A stretch of DNA of 64,000 nt, taken from Botryllus schlosseri (taxonomy: Eukaryota). A program made the translations under genes and the position numbers. Positions 41,536 through 53,270 of the stretch are shown here, one piece after another; within the stretch, counting starts at the first letter, position 1; the number at the start of each line of letters is the position of its first letter. The notes under the pieces are model-generated. The model ran no database searches, was not told the DNA's origin, and worked only from the letters and a program-made list of their open reading frames with translations. The stretch spans positions 1,054,001-1,118,000 of the forward strand of contig CM119378.1 of NCBI GenBank assembly GCA_051294905.1, read 5' to 3'.

Positions 41536-42460
41536 ACACTGAACAGTTTCGTAATTTTTCATAGTTCTTACTTCACCAAAGTCAATGTTGTCTGATCATT
41601 TACCGACTAGCACATTTATCAATCCTTGCCAAATCTATGTCTCTTCCATATTGTTATATACTCCATATTTTGTTGTCAACACAAATCCACTTTGTACTGA
41701 CGCATAGGCCTTTATATGCTGGCGCTTCGCTGCATCCCTGTGCAATATATATGACGTAGTTATAGCTCGTTCTTGTTATGGATCACACAGTGCCAAAAAA
41801 ATTAACTATTCCCATGATATAGTACAGTCCATGAATTATATAATTTATATTTTTCATTATCATCACTTGTTCTACAAATATCAAAATATTATCAAAATAT
41901 ACCGATCTATAGTGGCACATGAGTTTGATATGACAGATATGTAGACATTTGTATGACTCATATGTCCCAGCTAGGCCTACTCGATTTTTACAAACAGTAC
42001 GTGTAGGTTGATATTTGAGAATTGATATTTTTCAATGTTGATACCACATACGAGGAGTCGAGTGGGGAATACTTTTTCTCGTGCACCAACTATGGGGTTC
42101 CTGCGTTTTGTTCCGAAAATCTGTGGATTCTCAACATGCTTGTTGGTATAATTTTTACGTTCTTAAAATACGTGTTAGGTGACAGACAGAGTTTTATTTA
42201 ACAATGATCGCAACTAACAGACAATAACAACTTCACGCAAATGATTACGCTCTGTGTCCGACTGTCCGTAATCATCGATCAGTTCCATCATTAGAGCTGG
42301 TAAAATGATAACGACCTTACGGTAATGGTGCTCGCACTGCATTGTTGCGTCGCAGAAAGTCGTTTTAATTTGGCAACTCCTCACGATACGGCTTCGATGA
42401 TAGTTTGGCGGTGCTCCAACAGCGACCAAGCGCATGCCTCCTATTTTATATCGCCTAGGC

Positions 42461-43234
42461 CAGGGGTGGCCAACCTGCGGCCGTAGAAGGAGATTTGTGC
42501 GGTCGTGGACACGTTGTTCAATTAACATGTGTTGGCGGCCGTCGACATGCAATTTGAATTTACGAATTGACTACCGATTTATTGAGAGATTTTAATTATT
42601 CTTAAATTTTTCTCGCGCAGTGCGCGAATCGTTTTTCGATTTTAATATAATAGCACCCTTTGCAATCAGAAACCCCACAGTACCGATTCGAACAGCAGAG
42701 GAAATGATGCGTTTCACATATAAATACCCGCTCCGAATCTGTAGTCCTCACTAAACCTATAATCCTGATGGGAGGTCAAGAAATAACAGGACTAAACAAA
42801 GCGACCAATAACAATTTGCGCACCCGAAGATGCACCATCGACATCATTCATAACTTGCCCTAAATTTTCGAAAACACCCCCTCCATCAACTTTACCAGTG
42901 AATCTGATCACATGGGTTGAGAAAGGATAAATGTTTCATAGTAATATGTAAAACTACTAATATTATAATTACGAAATCCATCAGTGAATCTGACAAAAAT
43001 GTCGCGCTTCACGCGACTATCAACAATCCCGTGACGTGACCATGCAGTGACCACTTGCGATTTGGGTGCGTTAGCGTATAGTAATCCAGATAAGTCCGAA
43101 ATGGCCACAGACACTTTAACATGGGTATTTGGCGTCCAGCTAGTTCATTACAACTAAATCCCCTGGAATGCGGCCGTAGGCTACATGAGTAGTGGAAATG
43201 CGGCCGTGAATAGCAAAAACGTTGGCCAGCCCTG
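42461..43234. mobile_element. Non-autonomous hAT element
   Basis: CAGGGGTGGCCAAC...GTTGGCCAGCCCTG with 8-bp TSD GCCTAGGC, inserted into the dispersed repeat family. Confidence 0.9.
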
Positions 43235-44766
43235 GCCTAGGCCAGGTGAGCGTCAGATTGCGAAGACTACTCCAAGTCGTGTCGATACCTTCCTATCTTT
43301 CGTTGTATCGCAGTCTTGTGGCATATTGAAATGATCAAATTATTAGCATTGAATTGGGTAGATCAGATAAGCTCCAACTCTGCAGCGTACCACTACGCCA
43401 CTCAGGGCTATATGGTGCTGGTGCCGCGAACAAATTGTCCCGTTGAGAGAGGGCCGCAAGGCCAGAAAGGTTGAGAAGCACTGGATTAGCCTATTTCCAC
43501 CACCCGTCTCGGCTAAGAATATTTGATAATTCCTCAATTGTTTACTTCGAGATGAGAAAACAATCAGATGAATTAAATCTGAACGAATCAAATTTTAGGT
43601 TTGTAACAATTAATAATTATATCATTTGATGGGCATATGCTTTCGGGCAGCAATTGTCGTTTTATCTGTATGCTCTTTATGCTACACTCTTATCGAAAAT
43701 AGTGTGTATCCACACCACACTCATAGGGCCGAAAAGGGTGGTACACGAAAACAGAACCTAACTCAGAATGATATCGCGATCATAAATCCTACGTGTGTCT
43801 ACTTGAATGTATGTTTTGGATCAAAATGTTCGTATGTGTGTAAAATTGGAAATGGTGTGTATAACTGCGGATGGTTTTTTGCGCCATGCCAATTAAATTT
43901 AGAAAATTAAATTCTATAATATATACACTGTCTTATGGCGGAGATAATAAAGTCGATTATCGCGTTCGTCAGGAATTATCAACCCAGGATTTATGAAACC
44001 GGTTGATCGCGGCGCTTAAAGTTAGTGTTAATCTCATGATTTAACAAACCGGGACAAACTATAGATAACTAGTTATCTATAAAAACGGCGTACCATTCCT
44101 ACGCGCATATATTTCCGAGAATGACCGACAGGGCTGTTCAAAAATAACTTTTTTTTTCCGATTCAAGCTGGTCACCTCTTAAATCGTCAGGTTGCAGTAG
44201 AAAACCTTGCTCACCAAATTTCAATCGATTCCAACCAGTAAAGGCCTCCGCAGATCCAATTGAAATTTTTAATTTATTATGGAAAATTAAAAAAAAAATT
44301 TCCAAATTTTTCTGCCAACCCCATGAAATTGTTGAGCTGTCTTCAAAGACGTTGCAAAACAAATTTGAGTCAATTCCGACCAGTAGAAGCGGAGTTGTGT
44401 GAGTTTTTCGATGATATTTCTCGGATTATCCTTGATCGGTGGATAATCCGCGATTTATTCAGTTTTCCATGGTGATATGCAATTTGCGCAAGTGATAATT
44501 GAGTTTGCGATATCCGGTCCTTAATCAGAATAGGATAGTTGTACTGTGCTCGTTTTATATTGCGGTACAAGCAGGGTTGTAACCAAGTCACAAGGCTCCG
44601 AGTCACAAGTCAATCTCACTTATATATTTTTGACTCGAGTCAAGTCGAGTCATTTTCAATTCCCACCGAGTCAAGTCCGAGTCCAAGTCAGCGAACAGAG
44701 GATCAAGTCCGAGTCATGGTATTATGACTCGAGTCCAAGTCATTGTGTTGACTGCTCAGTTTCCAG

Positions 44767-46598
44767 TTATTATTATTATATTCTTTATTCACAGTAAAAC
44801 TGGTAGATACACACATAATCCGGGGAGCAACCTGCCCCCAAAGGAAAATGGCGAGATTGGAGTAAATTTTTAAAGTTTCAGTAATACATTCAAATTGTTA
44901 TTCCTATGCAATACACGGAGACGTCAGATTACAGAATTGCAGCAGTTGAAGAATTGGCAAGGGTTACAGAGCAGAGGTAGAGATGATTGAAGATGAAGAA
45001 TCGAAATTACAGAAATTATGCTGTGATTCACAAGTGTAATTTTAGTCCAGTGGTGCATTCAAGGCCTTCCGAAGAATGTGCACAGTGCCCAATAATGTGA
45101 TTTTCTGGATCATGTCGAATCGAACGTTACCCGGAATTTGTTGGATATGTCTCATGAGTTTTTTGCTCACGACCCCTGTAGCACCAATGACTATCGGTAC
45201 AATGTTTATTTTGCATCGCCACATTTTCTCACATTCCATTTTGAGGTCTGCGTATTTGGAGTATTTTTCTGATTCTTTTTGCAGTAGGTTGTGATCAGCT
45301 GGGACAGCCAGTTCAATGAATAAGCATTCTCTTTTCTTTTTTAGTTTGACGATTATATCCGGGCGGTTGCTCCTGATTTCGCGGTCAGTTATAACTGGTA
45401 CATCCCACAGAATTTTTACTTGTTCGTTTTCTGTCACTGGTGCTGGGCTGTAATCATACCAATTTTTTGTCGAAGTGGTGATGTTAAAATGTTTGCATAA
45501 TTCAAGATGAATGTAGTGACCAATCCTATTGTGTCTCCATGTGTATTCGGTAGCTGCAAGTGCACCACAGCCGGACATGAGATGTGCTACAGTTTCATTT
45601 TGGTTGTGGCACATTCTGCATTTGCCGTCCGTGCTTTGCTTCAGAATTCTTTTGCGATAGTATTTTGTAGGAAGCGATTGGTCTTGTGCTGCGAAAATGA
45701 ATCCTTCGCTTGCCGGTTTCAGGCCAGAGCTGGATAGCCAGGTCCATGAAAGCTCGTCTACATGGGGCTGTGAAGTTAACTTCTTGTGCTGTCCATGAAG
45801 AGGCATCGATTCCCATATCGTTTCTCTCATTTTGAGCATTGCATTTTTGTACTGGACTCGTGCTGCTTTTGCTATTGTTGTGGGTTTGGCAACAGTGTTT
45901 TCAGCAGTGTACAGGTTAGCTGTTTCCATGTTGACTTCTCTGACGTACTTGTCGTGACGATAGCTCAGAGATTTTGTTTTGCGCTGTTGGTCTTCCTGTG
46001 CAATGATTATGCAGTAAATGTTTTCGCTGTTGTTGATGTACTGTGACAAGCCGATGATTTCTGTTTTGAAAGTTTGTTCAATTTCTTGTAGTCCTCGACC
46101 ACCTTTTTTTCTGGGGATGTACAGTCTTTGTGTATCAGATTTTGGGTGATGCATGTGGTGCATTGTCATCAATTTTCTCGTCTTTGTATCCAATTTTTTA
46201 ATTTCATCTTTGCGCCAGTTCACCACACCAAAGCTATATCTCAAGACAGGCACTGCAAGACTGTTTATGGCATTGATTTTGTTTTTGGAATTGAGTTCAG
46301 TTTTGAGAATTGACTTGAGCCTGCTAATGTATTCCTTTTTCAGACTTGATTTCATTGCAGCATGTTTAATGTTGTCGCTTTCACAGATCCCTAGATATTT
46401 ATAGTGATCTTCGGCATTCAATTCTGTTATGGTTTCACCCAGTTTGAAGCTCATGTCGCCAGTGCTGGTGACTCTTCCACGTCGTATGGTAAGTTTTGAG
46501 CATTTATCCAAACCAAATTTCATTTTTATATCTTCCGAAAACTCATGAACAATTTTCATTTGGTTATTCAGGTCTGCATCGGATTTCGCGTACAGTAC
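44767..46598 (-). mobile_element. 5'-truncated R4/Dong-clade non-LTR retrotransposon (RT C-terminus, CCHC knuckle, restriction-like endonuclease)
   Basis: Open frame from LYAKS (just after the missing YxDD) to the stop at 45042, with MKFGLDKC, GGRGL, CRMC...ETVAHLMSGC, RHN and RPDII...IELAVP...KYSKY. (TAA)n runs lie at both junctions. Confidence 0.92.
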
Positions 46599-47660
46599 AT
46601 TATTATTATTATTATGTATAAAAACATTTAGTGGTGCTTTTCGCATCGAAGGCTTTTTGCACCACGGCGATTTAGACATTTTGATCAAAATGATAACATG
46701 AAATGTCATGAAAATACAAGATGAGTACGTAGTATTCCTAAATCCACTTTTTAACTCTGTTTGGTGATATTGAATGGTTCGCATTTATAATGTATCAATT
46801 TTCCTCACTTTTAGCAGTTTCTGGTCGCATTTCCAAGCACCAGTACCAACAAACGAAATCCCAATAGTGTGTTGGCGTGCTGATCAATCGCATGAAGCAC
46901 ATCCTTACGCGTCGCTGTAGTATAGTAAATAGGCTATGACACGGGGTTCCACTTGTGGAAAACAATAAGCCCATTTACATGGCCGTTTGGGTAAGCTTCG
47001 AAGCTGACTCGTCAATCCGACTCTCTCGTTTTTGAAAAAGAGAAAAAGGCAGACGGCTTCAATCCGTCTTGAGCTCAATCCGTTCCGCAGAGTCGCTTGG
47101 AGACGACTTGAACAGTGCCGGTACTTGAAAACGAATCCAGACTGCAGCAACATACCAACATTTCATGTTCATATTTCACGAAACCGGCGCGTATTTCAAC
47201 TTGGTGAATGTGAAAGCTCTATCAGTACATGATACTGCTTTTATAATATGCACGTGGTCTTATTTGTTCTGCGTCACAACTTAGGAAGCGAGTACAGCCA
47301 ACAATATAACTTGCGCAACTCACTATCAGAAAGAATATATACACGGTGTATTTGGTCATTCTAGAATTGTGATGAAGTTTTTCTGGATATCTCAACTGCC
47401 ATAGCATATTCCCGAGCTGAATCCCAAAGTGCTGTGTATCACTCGAGCTGCGATAAACATGACCATGTAAACTCGATCACTTTGGCAAGCCGTCTCATGA
47501 CGTCACTCCAAGACGACTTGACTTCAAGACGACTTGACCATGTAAATGGGCTTAATGACTCAAGGAGGACGTACCCTGTTTTTCAAACCTGTTACAAGCT
47601 GTGCCTATCCACGGGAGATGCAACTCTTATTTTTTATTTCGAACTTGGTTAACCATATTT

Positions 47661-47707
47661 ATTGGCGTTCGCTCCTGATGAGAGCCAGTCGAAACGCTTC
47701 GAGTGGA
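47661..47707 (+). ncRNA. Second-family minimal type-I hammerhead with loop-2 pseudoknot
   Basis: AUUGGC-G-UUCGCUC-CUGAUGA-G-AGCCAGU-C-GAAA-CGCU-UC-GAGUGGA: a 7-bp stem I, a stem III one change away from the palindrome ACGCGU, and AATAAA immediately downstream. Confidence 0.72.
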
Positions 47708-48517
47708 ATAAATTTGGCATCATGAACGTATATTGTTTGCTGCAGCACTAAGAGCCCATCAAAAATCAGTCTATACCTAGAAAAATTGATGGAGAAGGAC
47801 CCCATCCTGGCATCAGTTTCTAATGTTCGTAGTAATATTGTACAGTTGCGTGAAGTTGTTCGCAACCTTTCTTGGACATCTGCTACGCAAGGACATCAAC
47901 CCTCCTCAATATAATCCCACTGCAACTGCTAGATACATCCGCGGTGGTGCGATGAGATGACATGCACACGATCGCACAATGCACATTTAGCTTTTTATGT
48001 AAATATGCAAATATCGGGACTTATTCAGTACAAATTCCGGTCGGCTTAAAACATAGAGAAGAAGAAAATCAGTTATCATCATGATTCCTCAGATGAATAT
48101 GACGATGACTATCAATGTTCCTAACTAAAGATACAGAAGAGCTGTCGATCGTGTCACGACAATGAGTCTAGTTCAGGTTTGGTCAACCTGTGGGGGAAGA
48201 GCAATAATCAATTAATCATGCGTTATTACATACTCATAATTAACTTAGCGTGGGTCAGCGCCTGTCAACATACAATTTTAATTTACGAACTGGCTCCCGA
48301 ATTCTTGAGAGATTTTAGCTCAACTCGAATATTTTCTTCGCGCGATTCAGTCATACTTAATTTTTCGATTTTAATGTAAATAGTAATGGATACCGCGAAG
48401 ATGATGAGCCCCATGAAGAAATAACAAATTAGAATCACGTGCGTCTCACTAGTTAAGGATTATCTTGTTTGGTCAATTCCAATATATATTTTGACTATTC
48501 CTACAATCCTTATAGGA

Positions 48518-49896
48518 CAGTGGTCGGGAACCTTTTTTCGCCCGAAGAGCCATATTGACCGTATATTTTCCATTTTACCTCCCAAAGAGCCATAGATAAC
48601 GATCATCGACTACGTCACAATTGAAAAATCGTGACGTCATGGTAGCGCAAATTCGATATCACTATATGGGATTCGTCGTTTGCAGCGTATTTTCTCAGTA
48701 AAAACTCGTACTAATCATGCTGGTTGCCTCATTTGAATAATGAGTATGCTAAATTTGCATAGATTTGCTAGATTTTTTGCAAGTAATATATTTTTAATTA
48801 TTGCACTGAGAGGCATATGATATTTTTCGAAGCTTAAGACGAATAACATTTAGATTTCCAACAGTTGTAGACAACAATAAAAGTATGAATCTACTTTTAA
48901 CACGCCTTTTACAATTAATGCGTCTTTTGATGTTGCATGGTATTCCTGATGGCTTTTTAGTATGGTTGATAACTGTTAAGGTTAAGCCTCACACAAAATT
49001 TGAGACCTTCGTCAGTTAAACGAGGTCGTAAGTTCGTCTAGATGCCATTCTTAAATGCGAGGGCCCATGATGGCATACTTAGGGGGAGTCAACACGCTCA
49101 TCATACATTAGTATACACACCCAATCGTGATGCGTCAGTGGCGTGGGGTCAGGGGAGTCAAGTGAGGCAGTACCTCACCTGTCTATTAGATTTTGAATAT
49201 TTTTACTACCAAAATCACGCAACTTGCCTATTTATTGTTAAAAAATAAAGTTCGAAACATAGATTAAGGCATTGTGATAGCGCAATTCATCGTAAATATC
49301 ATAGAATGTATAGTACCTGATATTATTCGAACGTAATTGTCGCACTGATTCCGATTCGGCTTCTCAATTCTCAAAGTATTCGGCGGTAACATTTGCGCAA
49401 CACGCCTATACATTTTAACAGCGACTACAAAGCTACGTTATTAATCAAGAACGTGGGCAGCTATGGCATTGATTGTAATTTGAATTTGTAATTGTGAATG
49501 TCACTTCCACTGCAGTATATTTCTGAGTATATTGTGATACAGCGCCGTCATGTCTCCTAGTATCTTTTATCAATGAATGCATCGTGCTATTCAAGATTTC
49601 GTACAGGCTACATCGAATTTGCGAGTGATATTGGTCGCCAGCACGACAGCAACTTAAATTGGAGGATTTTGAAAAGGGGGTCCGAGCCCCTAACCCTCAA
49701 TACGTCGCTGTATTAACCTCTCAAAGACATGTTTATACTTCCACAAGAATAATTACACTGCTCGTGCTGAAGATTTAATAACAAAGTTCCTGCAATATTA
49801 ATAAATTAGGCACAAATATAAAAATTTCGCAAAGAGCCATATCTTCTGCCGAAAAGAGCCACACATGGCTCGCGAACCATAGGTTCCCGACCACTG
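48518..49896. mobile_element. Non-autonomous hAT element
   Basis: CAGTGGTCGGGAACC...GGTTCCCGACCACTG with 8-bp TSD TTATAGGA. A related inverted partial copy lies at ~54300-54887. Confidence 0.92.
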
Positions 49897-52104
49897 TTAT
49901 AGGAGGTCAAGAAATAACAAGATGCAACAGAGTGATTAAGAACATCCCGAAGATGCATCATCATTCATTTTGTTCTCAATTCGAAGATACCTCCTCCGTC
50001 ACCTCTACCGGTAAATCTCATCACGTCGGCAGAGAAAGAGGATGAATATTTGATAGTTACATGTGCAACTCCCAATATTATCGATGAAATTTATTCATGA
50101 AGTTGAAAAGATTTTCGCGCTCAATAACGATCATCATTCCCGCGATTTGGGAGCGTGTATAGGCCTAGTAAGCCTGCGAGGGCGCTCTGCTATTACAATT
50201 AGGGAATTTCATGCGCAATGTATTTTGCAAGAAAACACTGATGTCACAGGACATCACAAGGGCCGTCTACGATGCGAAGTCCCTCAGCGGCCAATTTAAC
50301 ATAATATTTGGCGTCAAGGTTGTCTATTACGACCAGGACCGTAACCGTAACTGCCGCACCCCTCGTCCCAAATTGAGGGGGCGAGCTCGAAGGGGGACCA
50401 AAATTATTTCGTGAATCAAAAATAATTTTATAGTATTTAGTTGTAAATTTATGCAACTTTGTGCGCGATTTAATGTTACCAGGTATTTTTATTATTGGAT
50501 ACCCTTCCCCCGAAATAAAATACGCGTGATTTATAGAAATGAGCATTTCAGCGTCGGCCATTACCGCGCCACGACGCACCAAGAGGTATCAAGTTATAAT
50601 CATGCAACATGCGACTCAAAGAAGTATGCCAGAACGATCGGCCGAAAAGGACTGCCCTTATGCTGACCGAAAACCGATATATGGTTAATTCTTCATAGGC
50701 GACTAAATGGCTCGGCGCCGAATGTTTCTGCCTGGCAATATGAACCCCACAAGACAGATGCCATCCTGCAGAAGAAAATTATTTGTCAGTGCAAAAATGT
50801 CAATTTGAAATCGTCTGTGTCTTTTAGTTTAGCACGTTTGGACGATTTCAATATCTTATGACATTATGAGTTTATGACATATTATGACATATAACATTAT
50901 GTAACGAAGACATTATACCAACGGGTCCGCCCGAATATGTTCAATTACTATTTACGGACCCGGGGCCTTTATTTTCCCAGACACATCATTAAACATCAAT
51001 CAGCACTACTGAGGGTCTGGCTTATCACCGTATAGGGGCCCAAGACCAACGTTTGGGGGGGGGGCTGACGAAGTGCTGTTTCGGTCCTGAATACAACTGT
51101 CTGCTGGAATGTACGTGCGCTTTATATGTAATCGACATGCGTCGGTGAATACTGAATAGCAACAAGGTTGAACAGATGAACATGAACAGTGAACACTCCT
51201 CGTGAAGTTGGAGTAAAGCCTATGTTCTCTCGGCGAAGCTTACGTCGTAACGCAGACGAGCCTACAATAAATGTCTATCGCCGTCCATGCGTGATGATAT
51301 CTCAGCGTCACTAATTATACGCGCGTAATGGTTCCAGACGAAGTAAATACTGGTCCAAGTATTTCAATTTGCAATACCTAAACATATCGCGGCACCCTTG
51401 AGCGATTGAGCATTTTAAATGCACTGAATGCTGCGGCACCCGGGGTTGAGAACCACTACTGGTTCTCGTGTATCACTGCACTGCATGTAGGCTAAAACAT
51501 ATGCGCTCTATCGGCAACTGTATTACGTATTCGAATAAAGAATTGTTACCCAAACTATTTCCGTTTATTTTTTTTTTAGTTGTCACCACCAAAGAATGTA
51601 TCTAGAACGACTTAGTGTGAGGGTAGGCTATTGTATCGTCATTTCATTGTTATCCCGCGTCCTTCAACATTCTTTGGTCGCTACTACAGCGAAAAACGCA
51701 TCTCACCCCTAAAAAACCGCATGCCGTACCGGTATGTCGATGTTGCGTCAAGCTCAAAATAACTACAGGTTAAATATACGCTTGCGTGAAAAGCACTCGT
51801 GATGCAGCATTTACGTTCGGGTTTCTTTCGGGAAAAATTTGCCTTCAACAAGCAAAAATAGTGCTAGTTATTGAAATGGTTTATTGCATGAAAAAGGAAC
51901 AGATTTTTGGATTTAACGCACCATTTGATAATATCAATCGTGCATATTGACTAATATGATATAAATCTATTTGGAATAGACAATAAAGCCGGTAAACCGG
52001 CGAAAAAGCGAGTTTCGTCATAGAAATGTTTTTAGCGTACAAAAATAATATAATTGAGAATGTAGATGCATTGGCACTAAACAACGTACACCCGAAGCAG
52101 CTCG

Positions 52105-53123
52105 TCAAATCCGTCGAGTGTAAGACGTTACACATGCACATCCGGTAACCACGTCGTATTTGGTAGAATGCCCGTTACTGTAAACAACTTCAACCGAGGT
52201 GGTGATGTTCGACGCGATCAAGTTGTAGTTCGGCTTCATAGTCACCGGGCTGAAACAGTGTTCGCAGAGGCAAGCCTGGTGGATGATCACTCGAGGACGC
52301 CTGGATGAAAAGGAGCGAGTTATTAGTCGACTGAGAATCCATATGCATTTGGTTCCGTCCAAATACAAGCAGATTATATTGAGCAAATATTAGTCAGTCT
52401 TCTTAGAGATTGCATAACCAACATAGGTGTCTGATTGAAAAACTATACTGCAAGTTTTCTCGACTCGCTCCTCTATTTTCATTTTATCGTGATCTTCCGG
52501 TGTTTTGAAAATGACTAATAGACTTATTGAATAAATGGGGCTTCAAATATACCTTGTGGGGTCGTAATCGAGGATCGGTCCGTGGGGAGACAAGCTGCGC
52601 AATCTCGACTGCGCGAGATATTCCGCAAAATCAGGACAACTTCGAGGCTTCCATGCTTGAATGGTAGCGGACTGACGCTCTTTGAACGAGTAGCGGAGAT
52701 CGAAATAGCTGAGAAGACAGACGCACGTTGACGGGCACGCACTTCGACGAATCGCACATTCAACGATATATAGCTATATTAGCTATATTATCTATATATT
52801 TGTTTCATATCATCAGTTTCTAGGTTCACATGATTTACTTTTGACGTGTCTTGGAAAATGCTACTTCTACTTATAATTGAGGGGAATTAAAGTAGAAAAT
52901 TGCGGCATTCTTTCTACTTTTATTTGAGTAGCAATGCTGACTACTATGACCAGATCTGCGCATACCTGTCTCTACGCTGAAGTTTTCGGTCGCCGTTGAC
53001 AATATTCTTGCAAAGCTGACGATAGCTTCGTATGGAATGCCGAGAGTTGATAGTCGACGGCTGCATATCCGCCGAGGCGAGACACGTGCACACGAAGAAA
53101 TATACAGAGACCGGTATCTTCAT
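52105..53123 (-). CDS. IL17: Interleukin-17-like cytokine; exons 53123-52966, 52708-52553, 52300-52105
   Basis: Signal peptide MKIPVSVYFFVCTCLASA, then RSCPDF...RSLSPHGPILDYDPTRRPRVIIHQACLCEHC...VVTGCACV, matching the IL-17 cystine-knot pattern. Both introns are phase-2 GT-AG. Confidence 0.85.
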
Positions 53124-53170
53124 ATCGGTTGAAATCGGGTCGATTGCTAGTATGTGGGGCTGCGATCCGA

Positions 53171-53270
53171 TATATAGGCGCAGAGTCACGCTACTTTCGA
53201 TTTGCGAGTTGCGTCAACAATACGATCTTGCATCAGCATCGAGCAGTCAGTGTGGTTCGATATTGCGTCA
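53171..53270 (-). promoter_or_regulatory. Putative IL-17 promoter: TATA-like box plus three C/EBP-ATF-type octamers
   Basis: TATATA at 53171-53176. On the minus strand: TGACGCAA (53209-53216), TGATGCAA (53228-53235) and TGACGCAA (53263-53270). Confidence 0.5.

Noticed and set aside
41775..41805. CAGTGC in the NRAMP 3' UTR as an iron-responsive element
   Set aside because: The flanking bases do not form the 5-bp upper stem or the bulged C.
46599..46784. N-terminal ~60 aa of the 580-aa ORF
   Set aside because: This is read-through from flanking DNA across the (TAA)n junction (the NNNNN run) and is not part of the LINE protein.
52524..52763. ORF-track 79-aa peptide as the IL-17 middle exon
   Set aside because: It is the wrong frame. 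The paralogue-matching frame (RSCPDF...DPTR) uses the acceptor at 52709-52710.
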